A DNA stretch of 64,000 nucleotides, from the NCBI GenBank assembly GCA_031400935.1, contig JANNQV010000027.1, positions 124,001 through 188,000 on the forward strand. The letters run 5' to 3'. Of the stretch, positions 35,834-46,133 are shown one piece after another; position 1 is the first letter of the stretch, and the number at the start of each line of letters is the position of its first letter. The position numbers were made by a program, and so were the translations under genes. Source of the DNA: Armatimonadota bacterium. GTDB taxonomy: Bacteria; Armatimonadota; Fimbriimonadia; Fimbriimonadales; Fimbriimonadaceae. Under the pieces are notes generated by a model that was given only the letters and a program-made list of their open reading frames with translations, did no database searches and was not told the DNA's origin.

Positions 35834-35876
35834 CAAAACAGGCTCACCGCACAAGCGGTGAGCCTGTTTTGTTTTT
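35834..35876 (+). terminator. his attenuator terminator
   Basis: CAAAACAGGCTCACCGC-ACAA-GCGGTGAGCCTGTTTTG then TTTTT; upstream GCGGTG (35789-35794) can pair with the left arm. Confidence 0.9.
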
Positions 35877-35887
35877 GGAACATGCTT

Positions 35888-36259
35888 ATGAAGTTAAACT
35901 TTGTTAAACTTGATGGACTCATACCCACTATCGTTCAGGATGCGATCAGCGCAGAGGTGCTAATGGTTGCCTTCATGAACGAGGAGGCATGGCGAATGAC
36001 TCTTGAAACCGGATATGCGACCTTCTGGAGCAGGACCCGCGGCAAGCTTTGGCTTAAGGGTGAGAGCTCGGGCCATAGGCTTGTCGTTCGAGAAGTCCTA
36101 ACAGACTGCGACCAGGACGCGATCGTTCTGAAGGTCGAAGCTCAGGGACCAGGCGTTTGTCACGAAGGTTATGCAAGTTGCTTCTTCAAAACCCTTAAAG
36201 ACCGTGAATGGATAGTGGCCGCAGATCGCACGTTCGACCCGGCTGAGGTTTACCTATGA
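35888..36259 (+). CDS. hisI: Phosphoribosyl-AMP cyclohydrolase (monofunctional)
   Basis: [39 protein letters not shown]. Confidence 0.93.
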   Translation: MKLNFVKLDGLIPTIVQDAISAEVLMVAFMNEEAWRMTLETGYATFWSRTRGKLWLKGESSGHRLVVREVLTDCDQDAIVLKVEAQGPGVCHEGYASCFFKTLKDREWIVAADRTFDPAEVYL

Positions 36260-37125
36260 AACTCAAGCTTGGGATTCCAAAGGGCAGCCTTGAGGCGGCA
36301 ACCATTGAGCTCTTTCGCAGGGCGGGTTTCAACATCGCAGTTCGTAGTCGCTCCTACTTTCCATCGATTGACGATCCAGAGATTGAGTGCATGCTCATTC
36401 GGGCTCAGGAAATGGCGCGCTACGTCGAAAATGGGGTTCTCGATGCGGGATTTACGGGAGTCGATTGGATCGCGGAGTCACAAGCCGACGTGGTGCGTGT
36501 CGCCGACCTGATCTACGCGCGCCAAAGCTTTGGAAAAGTGCGATGGGTTATTGCTGTTCCCGAGGATTCGAGCATACAAACCGTTGGTGATTTGGAAGGA
36601 AAGACCATCGCCACCGAACTTGTTGCGACCACAGAGCGGTTCTTGAAAGATAACGGTGTGACAGCGCGCGTGGAATTCAGTTGGGGTGCTACCGAAGTCA
36701 AGCCGCCCGTTCTTGCAGATGCGATTGTAGAGGTCACAGAAACAGGTTCCTCCCTTCGGGCAAACAAGTTGAGAATCGTGCAGACCGTTCTCGAATCGAA
36801 TACCCAACTAATTGCCAACAAAGACTCTTGGCAGGATGAAGGAAAGCGCCAAAAACTTGAGGATCTACGTATGCTCTTACAAGGCGCGATCGAAGCGGTT
36901 GGTAAGGTGGGGCTCATGATGAACGTGCATCGAGACAACCTTGACGAGGTACTTACGGTGCTACCAGCCTTGAAACAGCCTACTGTGTCTCCGCTCAGTA
37001 GTGGCGATTGGCTTGCCCTCAACACAATACTGGAAGAGTCACTTGTTCGGACCATTATTCCTCGACTAAAGCGAGCAAAGGCGGAGGGCATTGTTGAGTA
37101 TCCGCTCAACAAGATCGTGCCATGA
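36256..37125 (+). CDS. hisG: ATP phosphoribosyltransferase (long form)
   Basis: [31 protein letters not shown]-terminal regulatory domain PTVSPL. Confidence 0.95.
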   Translation: MKLKLGIPKGSLEAATIELFRRAGFNIAVRSRSYFPSIDDPEIECMLIRAQEMARYVENGVLDAGFTGVDWIAESQADVVRVADLIYARQSFGKVRWVIAVPEDSSIQTVGDLEGKTIATELVATTERFLKDNGVTARVEFSWGATEVKPPVLADAIVEVTETGSSLRANKLRIVQTVLESNTQLIANKDSWQDEGKRQKLEDLRMLLQGAIEAVGKVGLMMNVHRDNLDEVLTVLPALKQPTVSPLSSGDWLALNTILEESLVRTIIPRLKRAKAEGIVEYPLNKIVP

Positions 37126-38366
37126 TTCGAATCCTCAACGCAGCAGAAGCAATTCCGTTGTTCACCAGAAAGAACAACCGGCTAATTGAAGTACGAGAAG
37201 AGGTCAAGGCAATTCTGGATGAGGTCGAAAAGCGTGGAGACGCTGCGATTCGAGACTTTGCTATGAAATTTGATGGTTTCGACCGCTCTTCCTTCATAGT
37301 TAGTGAAGAAGAATTGGTTAATGCCGAACGGTCAATTGACCATGCATTGAGGTCGGCAATTGAGACTGCAGCCCAAAACATTCGGTCGTTTGCCAAACTG
37401 CAGATGCCTTCTGAGTTTCTGACCGAACTCGCACCCGGTCACTTTGTCGGGCAGATCGTTCGCCCGTTGGAAACTGTAGCGGCATACGTACCGGGAGGGC
37501 GGTATCCGCTGCCATCAACGGTACTTATGACTTGTATCCCCGCTCTAGTAGCAGGAGTTCCGAATGTTTGGGTGACCACTCCGAAACCCGACCAGGCCGT
37601 CTTCGCTGCCTCGAAGATAACAGGGGCAACGAACATAGCTCTGATCGGAGGCGCCCACGCAATCGCAGCGTTTGCCTTTGGTACCGAAACGATTCCCAAG
37701 GCAAACCGAATTGTCGGACCGGGAAACGTCTATGTCACCGCTGCCAAGCAGATATTGGCTGGCAATGTTGGAATTGACTTTGTCGCCGGACCAACCGAGG
37801 TAATGATTCTTGCCAACGAAGGAAATCCGACTTGGATCGCAGCCGATATGCTTGCACAAGCCGAGCATGATACAGATGCCTGCGCGTTCTTGATTACTAC
37901 CTCGAAGTCCCTAGCTGAGGCGGTTTCGGAACAGATTGATAGTCAATTGGCTGTGTTGCCAACTGCCGATGTTGCCCGTGCTGCGATTAGCTCAAACAGC
38001 GCCATCGTCCTCTGTGAAACCAGCGATCAAGCCTTTGATCTTGCTAATATGGCTGCTCCGGAGCATTTGTGTCTCGCCGCCAGAAGCGAACTTCCTCGCG
38101 TTGCGAATGCTGGAAGCGTGTTTATTGGTCCTTACAGCCCAGAAGCAGCTGGGGATTACGTGTCGGGACCGAACCACGTCTTACCAACATCAGGTGCAGC
38201 GCGCCTTTCTGGAGGTTTGTCAGTTCTCGATTTTGTCAAAATCATCACCGTTCAAGAGCTCTCCCGAGATGCTCTGGAGCACGTAGGACGAGATGGAGCA
38301 ACGTTGGCGCGTGCTGAAGGATTAGAAGGACATGCTCGGTCAATTGAGGTGAGACTCAATGCCTGA
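37122..38366 (+). CDS. hisD: Histidinol dehydrogenase
   Basis: [41 protein letters not shown]. Confidence 0.96.
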   Translation: MIRILNAAEAIPLFTRKNNRLIEVREEVKAILDEVEKRGDAAIRDFAMKFDGFDRSSFIVSEEELVNAERSIDHALRSAIETAAQNIRSFAKLQMPSEFLTELAPGHFVGQIVRPLETVAAYVPGGRYPLPSTVLMTCIPALVAGVPNVWVTTPKPDQAVFAASKITGATNIALIGGAHAIAAFAFGTETIPKANRIVGPGNVYVTAAKQILAGNVGIDFVAGPTEVMILANEGNPTWIAADMLAQAEHDTDACAFLITTSKSLAEAVSEQIDSQLAVLPTADVARAAISSNSAIVLCETSDQAFDLANMAAPEHLCLAARSELPRVANAGSVFIGPYSPEAAGDYVSGPNHVLPTSGAARLSGGLSVLDFVKIITVQELSRDALEHVGRDGATLARAEGLEGHARSIEVRLNA

Positions 38367-39429
38367 GCCTAAACCTGCAATTGAGCGGATGCTTCCGTAC
38401 CACCCGCCGACCGGAAATCGGGATGGAATGCTGAGGCTAGACTTCAACGAGAATACGCTTGGATGCCCTCCTCACGTTTTGAACGCGCTGTCTGATGCAC
38501 TTTCAGGTGATTTGCTCGCAACCTACCCTGATTACAAGATGGCGCGGCAACAACTCGCAGACTTCTTTGACGTCAAAGAAGCTCAACTCTTGTTGTCAAA
38601 CGGAACGGATGAGGCGATCCAGCTACTTGTCAACACCTTTGTCGGGCCGGACGATGAAGTTGTTGTGCTTTGCCCAACCTACGCAATGTATCGGTTCTAC
38701 GCGGAGATTGCAGGGGCCGATGTACGGGAAGTCTTTTACCAGGATCGGCCTGGTAGCGAACCATATGAGCGAGTTCTGCAAGTCGACGTCACCGATATTC
38801 TGGCCAAAGTTAGCGAAAGGACACGAGCGATCTTTCTTCCCAACCCGAACAATCCAACCGGATCGACGATTAGCATGGAAACGATTCTGGAGGTCCTACA
38901 TGCAGCCCCTCAATGTTGCGTCCTCGTTGATGAAGCGTACTTCGACTTCTGGGGTGTTACAGCGTTGCCGCTCATCGAGCAAAATGAGAACCTTTTCGTA
39001 AGTCGCACCTTCAGTAAGGCATACGGTCTTGCGGGAGTGCGATTCGGGTGCCTGATGAGCCACGCCAAGAACATAACCAACATGAGAAAGGCACAGTCCC
39101 CATACAGTGTCAATGCGCTCTCGATGGTCGCAGTTCTTGCCGCAATCCAAGATCGTGCTTGGATTGACGAGTATTCGAATCAGGTTCGGCTGGGCAGCGA
39201 GTTGCTTGAGCGCGAACTGCAGAAACATTGCTATCCGTATTGGAAGTCCCATGCAAACTTCATTCTGTTTGATGCAGGCGATCAAGCCGAAGCCCTCCTG
39301 GAACGGTCTCGAGCAGCAGGCGTGCTGATCAGGGACCGTCGCCACGATCTGCCATGCGCCTTGCGAGTCACGGCGGGACCATCCGATCAGATGGAAAGAT
39401 TTGTCAGAGTATTGGAGGAAGTGCGATGA
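38359..39429 (+). CDS. hisC: Histidinol-phosphate aminotransferase
   Basis: [34 protein letters not shown]. Confidence 0.95.
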   Translation: MPEPKPAIERMLPYHPPTGNRDGMLRLDFNENTLGCPPHVLNALSDALSGDLLATYPDYKMARQQLADFFDVKEAQLLLSNGTDEAIQLLVNTFVGPDDEVVVLCPTYAMYRFYAEIAGADVREVFYQDRPGSEPYERVLQVDVTDILAKVSERTRAIFLPNPNNPTGSTISMETILEVLHAAPQCCVLVDEAYFDFWGVTALPLIEQNENLFVSRTFSKAYGLAGVRFGCLMSHAKNITNMRKAQSPYSVNALSMVAVLAAIQDRAWIDEYSNQVRLGSELLERELQKHCYPYWKSHANFILFDAGDQAEALLERSRAAGVLIRDRRHDLPCALRVTAGPSDQMERFVRVLEEVR

Positions 39430-40013
39430 GGGAAGCGAAGCTGGAACGGATCACGACCGAGACGCAGATCAAAGGATCGCTAAGGATCGAAGGGTCGGGG
39501 AAATACAAGGTTGAAACCGGAATCGGGTTCATGACCCATATGCTGGAGCTCTTTGCAAAGCATGGAGGGTTCGACCTCGAACTCGTTGCCACGGGCGACC
39601 TCCAAGTCGACCAGCATCACACGGTCGAGGATCTCGGAATTGTCTTAGGAGAGCTCTTTGAAAAAGCGTTAGGCGATCGCAAGGGTATCAACCGGGCAGG
39701 CTATTTTGTCCAGACTATGGACGAGACTCTCGCTGTAGTCGCCCTCGATCTTGGGGGTCGGCCGGCCTGCATCTATAACGATAAAGTCAGAGCACGGCAT
39801 GTTGGGGGACTGACGGTTGAGTTGCTCCACGACTTCTTCGAGGCTTTTTCTCGGTCTGCGCGGGCAAACGTTCATGTAAAGGTTCTTTACGGTCGCTCAA
39901 GCCATCATAAGATTGAAGCAGTGTTTAAGGGTTTTGCCCGAGCGTTGAAGTTTGCATGCTCGACCGACTCGAGATTGAAGGACCAACTTCCTTCGACAAA
40001 GGGGCTGCTTTGA
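39426..40013 (+). CDS. hisB: Imidazoleglycerol-phosphate dehydratase (monofunctional)
   Basis: [27 protein letters not shown]. Confidence 0.95.
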   Translation: MREAKLERITTETQIKGSLRIEGSGKYKVETGIGFMTHMLELFAKHGGFDLELVATGDLQVDQHHTVEDLGIVLGELFEKALGDRKGINRAGYFVQTMDETLAVVALDLGGRPACIYNDKVRARHVGGLTVELLHDFFEAFSRSARANVHVKVLYGRSSHHKIEAVFKGFARALKFACSTDSRLKDQLPSTKGLL

Positions 40014-40585
40014 TTGCTCTGATTGATTACGGCGCCGGGAATCTCTTCTCGGTTTCAAATGGGCTGGAAGCCATTGGAGCTCAGTTTCACCTTGTCCGAC
40101 ACCCTTCGGAAATGGGTCCCGACGACGCAATTCTACTGCCCGGAGTGGGCCACTTCGGACAAATGATGAGGGCGCTTGATGATCTAGATTTTAGGGCGCC
40201 GTTGATCGCTGCCGCAGGCGCAGGCCGGCCCTTGCTTGGAATCTGTCTTGGCATGCAAGCCTTATTTGAGTGGAGTGATGAGGCACCAGGCACTCCTGGA
40301 CTAGGGTTGCTTCCTGGAACCGCCCGGTTACTTCCCGATACCTGCCGGCTACCCCATATGGGATGGAACAGAGTGAGTTTTGTCGGAGCGAGTTCTGAAT
40401 GGTTTTACTTTGCTAATAGCTATGCACTGCCAAAGAACGATGCAACCTGGGGCACGACCAACTATGGTGGCGAATTCAGCAGCGCAGTGCGGAAAGACAA
40501 TCTCTGGGGATTCCAGTTTCATCCAGAGAAATCGGGCCCGGCTGGCCTAGAACTGCTCGCTCGGTGGTGTTTTGATGCTTGCTAA
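40010..40585 (+). CDS. hisH: Imidazole glycerol phosphate synthase glutaminase subunit
   Basis: [35 protein letters not shown] start overlapping the hisB stop. Confidence 0.95.
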   Translation: MIALIDYGAGNLFSVSNGLEAIGAQFHLVRHPSEMGPDDAILLPGVGHFGQMMRALDDLDFRAPLIAAAGAGRPLLGICLGMQALFEWSDEAPGTPGLGLLPGTARLLPDTCRLPHMGWNRVSFVGASSEWFYFANSYALPKNDATWGTTNYGGEFSSAVRKDNLWGFQFHPEKSGPAGLELLARWCFDAC

Positions 40586-41333
40586 GCGCATCGTGGCTTG
40601 CCTTGATGTCGCTGAAGGGCGCGTGGTCAAGGGGACAAACTTTGTGAACCTTCGAAACTCGGGTGACCCAGTTGAATTGGCAAAGCGATATAGCGACGAA
40701 GGAGCGGATGAAATCGTATTTCTGGATATTGGCGCCTCGCATGAAAGTCGCCCAACTCTCCTCGGAATCGTATCCAAGGTCGCAAGACAAGTGTTCGTTC
40801 CTCTTTCGGTTGGCGGAGGAGTCCGGTCAACTTATGATGCCCGTTTACTATTTAACGCTGGGGCTGACAAGGTTTGCGTAAACAGCTCCGCGGTTAGTCG
40901 GCCCGAGCTGCTATCCGAACTCTCAAGCGCCTTTGGAGCTCAGGCAACCGTTCTCGCAATTGACGCCAAACAATCTGCCGATGGTTGGGTTGTTTACGTC
41001 ATGGGTGGAAGAGAAGCGACCCGACTTAACGCGATAGATTGGGCAAGGGCAGGACAGGACGCTGGTGCGGGCGAGATATTGCTCACGAGCATGGACACAG
41101 ATGGAGTGAGGCAAGGGTTTGAATTGGGTTTGGTGAATGAGGTTTGTGGGGCCACCAATATTCCAGTCATAGCGTCTGGCGGAGCGGGATCGGCTGGACA
41201 CTTTGTCGATCTTTTCATGAAAACAGAAGCCAGCGCCGGACTTGCGGCATCGATCTTTCATGAGCGTTCTACTTCAATCTCATCTATTAAGGAGGCTCTT
41301 TGTTCGGCCAATATCATGGTGAGGCCAGCGTGA
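40575..41333 (+). CDS. hisF: Imidazole glycerol phosphate synthase cyclase subunit
   Basis: [42 protein letters not shown]. Confidence 0.96.
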   Translation: MLAKRIVACLDVAEGRVVKGTNFVNLRNSGDPVELAKRYSDEGADEIVFLDIGASHESRPTLLGIVSKVARQVFVPLSVGGGVRSTYDARLLFNAGADKVCVNSSAVSRPELLSELSSAFGAQATVLAIDAKQSADGWVVYVMGGREATRLNAIDWARAGQDAGAGEILLTSMDTDGVRQGFELGLVNEVCGATNIPVIASGGAGSAGHFVDLFMKTEASAGLAASIFHERSTSISSIKEALCSANIMVRPA

Positions 41334-42028
41334 TCATTCCCTGCATCGATCTGATGGGCCAGAAGGTGGTTCAACTTATCCAGGGCAAGGAGAAGGCTTT
41401 GGAAAGGACGGTTGATGAAACGCTGGAGTTGTTTGAAGGATTCCCACTCTTTCACATTATTGATTTAGATGCTGCACTTGGATCAGGCGATAACCATGCG
41501 ATGGTGATGGCTCTGCTCAATCGATGCCGCGCCCGTGTCGGCGGCGGCATCCGTTCAATTGAGCGAGCGAGAGACCTGATTGAGGCGGGGGCACATCAAG
41601 TGATAATCGGTTCCGCTGCGTTTAACGAAACAGGGTTGAATGCAACTCTTCTTAATGAACTTGTTCGCGAATTTGGCGCTTCCCGAATCATCATCGCGAT
41701 AGACTCTAAGGGCGGGCGAATCGCGGTGAGTGGGTGGAAAACGGTATTGGATCGAACGCCAGAGCACGCGATGCAAGCTTTGGCTCCATTTTGTGCTGGC
41801 TACCTTTGCACCAATGTAGACCAAGAGGGCCTTTTGCAGGGCACGGATCTCGAACTGTTCATAAACCTGCGCGCAAGAACGGACAAGATCTTAGTCGCCG
41901 CCGGAGGAATCACGACGATGAGTGAAATTGACGCGCTCACTGAAGTGGGAATCGAGGTCGCGTTGGGCATGGCTGCTTATACGGGTCGCCTCGATATCGT
42001 TGAGCTGCGCCGCAAAAGCGTCTGTTAA
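41330..42028 (+). CDS. hisA: ProFAR isomerase
   Basis: IIPCIDL..KVVQLIQG, HIIDLDAA, VGGGIRS, AAGGI; GTG start. Confidence 0.9.
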   Translation: MIIPCIDLMGQKVVQLIQGKEKALERTVDETLELFEGFPLFHIIDLDAALGSGDNHAMVMALLNRCRARVGGGIRSIERARDLIEAGAHQVIIGSAAFNETGLNATLLNELVREFGASRIIIAIDSKGGRIAVSGWKTVLDRTPEHAMQALAPFCAGYLCTNVDQEGLLQGTDLELFINLRARTDKILVAAGGITTMSEIDALTEVGIEVALGMAAYTGRLDIVELRRKSVC

Positions 42029-42032
42029 AATT

Positions 42033-42108
42033 TGGTGGAGATGAAGGGGCTCGAACCCTCGACCTCTGCAGTGCGATTGCAGCGCTCTCCCAGCTGAGCT
42101 ACATCCCC
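42033..42108 (-). tRNA. tRNA-Ala (CGC)
   Basis: GGGGATGTAGCTCAGCTGGGAGAGCG-CTGCA-AT-CGC-AC-TGCAG...TTCGAG...ATCTCCACCA; G3-U70 pair. Confidence 0.97.
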
Positions 42109-42122
42109 ATATTTGGTTGTTG

Positions 42123-42140
42123 GTTGTTGTTGTTGTTGTT
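42123..42140. repeat. (GTT)6 microsatellite just upstream of tRNA-Ala
   Basis: GTTGTTGTTGTTGTTGTT with degenerate flanking units. Confidence 0.7.
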
Positions 42141-42186
42141 GGACCCCAGGTTATCCGATTGTGTATCCTTTCAACCACATTTGTTT

Positions 42187-42723
42187 TTACCCGTTCATCG
42201 GGCCATTGCCTAACGGAACTCCAATCATCGTCGCTACCAGCTCTGCAACCGCCAGCGAATCTGAATCCATGCCGTGCTGCACGACTTGGCCCGCCAAAAC
42301 ATCTTCCCACATCATCCAGTCCGGCCAAATCGAGTTATTGACGAATTCTCCTTGCCCATAGAACCGAAACAGGATCACTTGGTTACCGTCTTTCAGCCAC
42401 AAACCTACTTTGAAAAGATCTTGCGCATCGTGAGAAAACCAGTCGCTCGACAACATATCCGTATATGCGTAAATCGTTTCGCGGACTCGGTCGAATGTGA
42501 TCACTTTTGTTTTGATTATTAGCCAAAAGTATCGGTCTTTTATCTGGACGATTTGTCTAGCTGGATCAACCGTTACTTTTCGGTAGCGGCCGCCTAGAGT
42601 AAACAATGCAGTTCGCCAACCAGAACGAATAATTAGAAACGCGCCTTCACGCCGAATTACGGGCCTAGGAGCGAGTGCCAAAGTAAGCAGACGTGAGACT
42701 ATTGAACCAATCAGATCGCCCAT
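42187..42723 (-). CDS. Hypothetical protein
   Basis: 178-aa ORF with protein-like composition, co-oriented with its neighbours. Confidence 0.65.
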   Translation of the reverse strand: MGDLIGSIVSRLLTLALAPRPVIRREGAFLIIRSGWRTALFTLGGRYRKVTVDPARQIVQIKDRYFWLIIKTKVITFDRVRETIYAYTDMLSSDWFSHDAQDLFKVGLWLKDGNQVILFRFYGQGEFVNNSIWPDWMMWEDVLAGQVVQHGMDSDSLAVAELVATMIGVPLGNGPMNG

Positions 42724-42816
42724 GTGGAGATTATGTTATCTCTTTCCATGGCAGTTCGAAGTCAGCTGCGACTCTTTGCGGAGCTAGTTGTTTGGCAATT
42801 GAAAATTCGGCGTGAC

Positions 42817-42904
42817 TGTGGCTCCGCGAACCGTGATGCGGAGCTTGCATTGCGGTGTCTTCAAGTATGGTGTGTTTGTGGCTCCGCGCTCCAGGTGCGG
42901 GCTT
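42817..42904. repeat. GTGG-type REP-like pair in direct orientation
   Basis: TGTGGCTCCGCG at 42817 and 42877, each followed by GCGG(A)GC able to form a hairpin. Confidence 0.55.
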
Positions 42905-43716
42905 CAAACGATGGTCGGAGTTTTCCACGAAACATTTTCCGGAAAGTAAGTCGCATCGAATCCAAACTTTAGTAAGTGGTCTTGAAAAGCACCAAGCCCT
43001 ATCATTGCTAGGTCGTCCAGTTCGTATCGCATTGATTTTTGAAAATAATTCGCGAGTCTGGCAGGCGACAAATTCGATTTTTCTCCTGCTGCCTTGATCC
43101 ACGTATCAAGGTCATTATGGCTGAGTCTATCGTAAGCTTCATAAAGTAGCCCAGCCAACTCTGGCGTCAGCCTTTCACCTCCAACCCAAGCTGCCCAAAC
43201 AAAAGGCAAACCAGTCAATTTAGTCCAAGCTTCACCCAAATCAAGGACATGATGGCCTTCAGAAGGTGCCGCCATCCCCAAATCGCCAATCAGAACGCAA
43301 GCATCGCATTTGGAAAGCATCTTCTCTTGGTTTGGCATCACTAACTGCACTTTAGGCATGCAGGAAAACTGCTCGGCAAGTAAAATTTGTGCAAGGGCGT
43401 TGCTCGTCATAGAGCTTGTATCAAGCGCCAATGACAGAATTTCGCTGAACGGAACTTTTGAAAAGAGCCGCACGGACTCAACGGGCCCAAAACTGCCGAT
43501 GCAAACGCCTTCTGCAATCCTTCGGTTTGGTTGAGTCAATGCATCAAAACTTGAGACCAAAATGGCATCTACGTCGCCAGAATCCAAAAGAGCAGGGAGC
43601 TTCGAAGGAACGTCGTAAATCACTCTCACTGGGCTTTCGTCGCCAAGCTGTTCAAAGCGATACACAAGTGGAATCGCATTTACGTAAGGAACGCATCCTA
43701 CAGTGAATTTCGCCAT
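42904..43716 (-). CDS. mqnA: Chorismate dehydratase, futalosine menaquinone pathway
   Basis: VPYVNAIPL, GPVESV, SMTSNAL, LIGD, DLGEAW..TGLPFVWAAW. Confidence 0.9.
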   Translation of the reverse strand: MAKFTVGCVPYVNAIPLVYRFEQLGDESPVRVIYDVPSKLPALLDSGDVDAILVSSFDALTQPNRRIAEGVCIGSFGPVESVRLFSKVPFSEILSLALDTSSMTSNALAQILLAEQFSCMPKVQLVMPNQEKMLSKCDACVLIGDLGMAAPSEGHHVLDLGEAWTKLTGLPFVWAAWVGGERLTPELAGLLYEAYDRLSHNDLDTWIKAAGEKSNLSPARLANYFQKSMRYELDDLAMIGLGAFQDHLLKFGFDATYFPENVSWKTPTIV

Positions 43717-43738
43717 TTTCGACCTGCATCAAGCGTAC

Positions 43739-44473
43739 CTACCTCTTCGGCTTTCTGGCGACGATGACAACACTGCTTCCCCAAGGCAGAGAAACCAACT
43801 GCATTACTGATGCCTCGATTCCCTGAACCCAAATCAGAAAGCGATTCAGAAACTCTGGAACTGATGGCAGCGACGCATGGGCAGGGCCTTTCCGCCCCTT
43901 TTCAAGCAAACGAATCAAATAGACAAGCGGAAAGAGGAAATAGACGGAATAGCTGATCTTCTCGACCTTGAATCCAGTACTTTCGAGCTTTCGCCTCAAT
44001 TCAGGCTTGGTGTACCGGCGAAAGTGCATCAAAGCCACATCATGCGGCCCCCACAAGAATTTGAAAGCTGGCACGCTTGCCACTAGAATTCCTCCAGATT
44101 TTAGGCTTTGAAACGCTTGAGCAAATGCCATCTCATCAAATTCTAGGTGTTCAAAAACATCGAGCGAGACAATGGCATCAAATGAGTTTTCTGCAAATGG
44201 CAAATGATGTCCGTCTCCAAGAACCAACGTTTGCAATTCGCGTGCTGTGCAGAATCGTAGAGCTTCAGGACTGAAATCGAACCCGACTGAAACAGCTCGT
44301 TTCGTCAATTCGCCAAGCACGACTCCCGTACCACAACCAAGATCAAGAATCTTGGAATTTGGATTCAAATCGGCGTGCCGGTCGAGCAAACGAAGAGCCA
44401 AATTTCGCCTCGCAACGAACCACCAATAGTGATCCTCCAGCGCGTGCATTCTTTCGTACTCTTGATGCTGCAA
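43739..44473 (-). CDS. Class I SAM-dependent methyltransferase
   Basis: EDHYWWF, LDLGCGTG, LDVFEH, VPA..FLWG.HD...HFRRY. Confidence 0.88.
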   Translation of the reverse strand: MQHQEYERMHALEDHYWWFVARRNLALRLLDRHADLNPNSKILDLGCGTGVVLGELTKRAVSVGFDFSPEALRFCTARELQTLVLGDGHHLPFAENSFDAIVSLDVFEHLEFDEMAFAQAFQSLKSGGILVASVPAFKFLWGPHDVALMHFRRYTKPELRRKLESTGFKVEKISYSVYFLFPLVYLIRLLEKGRKGPAHASLPSVPEFLNRFLIWVQGIEASVMQLVSLPWGSSVVIVARKPKR

Positions 44474-44482
44474 GGTTCGATT

Positions 44483-45226
44483 CTATCCGTTAGGCCGCTT
44501 TTCTAGCCGCCTGCCCTTGCCTGCTATCCGGAGTTTCACGAGTTCAACGAGCATTTTCGGGCCGTCCCGCATCATCACAACTTTCGATCCTTCCTGATGT
44601 GACCACCGAATCGGAACTTCGTCAATCTTGTAGCAGAGGTCACGAGCGATCATGAGAGATTCAAAGTCGAATCCGAATCCATTGAGTTTGCACCTTGAAA
44701 ACACATCTCGCGCTACTTCTCGCTTAAAAAGCTTGAACCCGCATTGCGTATCTTGAATTCCCTTTACAGCCAGAAGCTGGACAGCCATATTGAATGCCCT
44801 TCCCATTAGCTCTCGATACTTCGGCTGGTGAACTTCGAGTTGGCTTTCCTTCATCGGACGGCTACCGATTGCGATGTCGAAACCCTTTTCCATGGAAGGC
44901 AGCAGCTTTTCGATTTCTTCGATTGGGGCGGCGAGGTCCGCATCTGAAAAAAGGAGAAACTCGCCCTCAACTTGCAGCATCCCTGTTCGAACTGCCGCGC
45001 CCTTTCCTTGATTTGGACTGTTAACTATCAAGTGAAAGCCAGGATGTCCTTCGTTAAACTTTGAGGCAATCGTATCGGTTTGATCTTTACTTCCATCGCT
45101 GACAACAGTAACTGACCAGGAATAGGTTTGACCCGAAAGGTATTCGTAGATTCGCTCCAAAGTTGGGCGAAGTCGAATTTCTTCGTTGTACGCAGGGATG
45201 ATTACGGCAAGTCGTGGGGAACTCAA
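44483..45226 (-). CDS. GT2 glycosyltransferase (dolichyl-phosphate beta-glucosyltransferase-like)
   Basis: IIPAYNEE, DGSKD, NQGKGAAV, FSDAD, DTQCGFKLF, FGFDFE. Confidence 0.9.
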   Translation of the reverse strand: MSSPRLAVIIPAYNEEIRLRPTLERIYEYLSGQTYSWSVTVVSDGSKDQTDTIASKFNEGHPGFHLIVNSPNQGKGAAVRTGMLQVEGEFLLFSDADLAAPIEEIEKLLPSMEKGFDIAIGSRPMKESQLEVHQPKYRELMGRAFNMAVQLLAVKGIQDTQCGFKLFKREVARDVFSRCKLNGFGFDFESLMIARDLCYKIDEVPIRWSHQEGSKVVMMRDGPKMLVELVKLRIAGKGRRLEKRPNG

Positions 45227-45256
45227 ATCGCGGGGAGTCTACCGCGAACTAGCAAC

Positions 45257-45991
45257 TTAAGGCGTTCCCCATTGAGCGATCGTAGAAGGCTTCAATACAA
45301 AGTAATTGCACAATTTGCGCTTGGGAGGAATCACAAGCGAGCCTTTGTAATAGAGCGCCGTCGAACCGCCCCCATCAAGGCTGATAGCGTTTTGGACTCC
45401 AATTGAAAGCATCGCTTTGCCCATTTCAGAAAGTGTAACCGGGCTTGTGGTGGCCATCAAAACAATTTTATTGCCGTTTGTCATCCCGATCCCAGTTCTC
45501 GATGCTCTGCCCCAAAGCCTTTTGTCACGAAACTGTTGTGCCTTAGGATTTGGCTGAACTTTGCCATCGGCAACAATTCGAATCGTGCCACGAATTCCAA
45601 AGCGGTATTCGCCCCAATCGTAGGCTCTCTTGAAAATTGTGTCAAAAATCTTGACTTCGCCATAGTAGCTCACACCTATTGCCGATCCTCGATAGCCTTT
45701 GGCAACCAACGAGCCATCTACCAGCACATCGCCCACCGGCTTTCCGCTTCTCATGTGAAAAAAGGTTCCGGTGATGGCAGCGATCGGCTGTTCCTTGCCG
45801 ATCATTGTCCAAATCGAAGTGAGTTTGCCGGAAGAAGTGGCTTCGGGCGAGATCACTCCCGAATTAAGATCAGCAGTGACGACATGGAAACGTGCCTTGC
45901 CGCGAACGAAGTTCGAATACGCAACAGCATCCCCTGGCCGAGATAAATGGGCCATAGCGATGGTTGCAGTTGCGGCAAATAACATTTTCAA
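45257..45991 (-). CDS. Phosphodiester glycosidase (NAGPA) family protein
   Basis: ASRTGIG, AISLDGGGSTAL. Confidence 0.85.
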   Translation of the reverse strand: MKMLFAATATIAMAHLSRPGDAVAYSNFVRGKARFHVVTADLNSGVISPEATSSGKLTSIWTMIGKEQPIAAITGTFFHMRSGKPVGDVLVDGSLVAKGYRGSAIGVSYYGEVKIFDTIFKRAYDWGEYRFGIRGTIRIVADGKVQPNPKAQQFRDKRLWGRASRTGIGMTNGNKIVLMATTSPVTLSEMGKAMLSIGVQNAISLDGGGSTALYYKGSLVIPPKRKLCNYFVLKPSTIAQWGTP

Positions 45992-46133
45992 ATCCTGGAA
46001 GCGTTGTTTCCTTTCCGATCCTCAATCGTAGGATGCAATAATGGCTATCTATTCTCCACTGTAAATGTACTGGGTATGTGGAAAACCTGTCTATGCTACG
46101 GATAAAAGTGGTGGAAAAGTGGCAATTGAGCCC

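Noticed and set aside
35792..35887. N-terminal extension of HisI in the ORF track
   Set aside because: It runs through the attenuator hairpin; HisI-like sequence starts at ATG 35882/35888
41891..42361. ORFs with poly-Thr, poly-Cys or poly-Val runs
   Set aside because: Artefacts of the (GTT)n tract and overlap with tRNA-Ala
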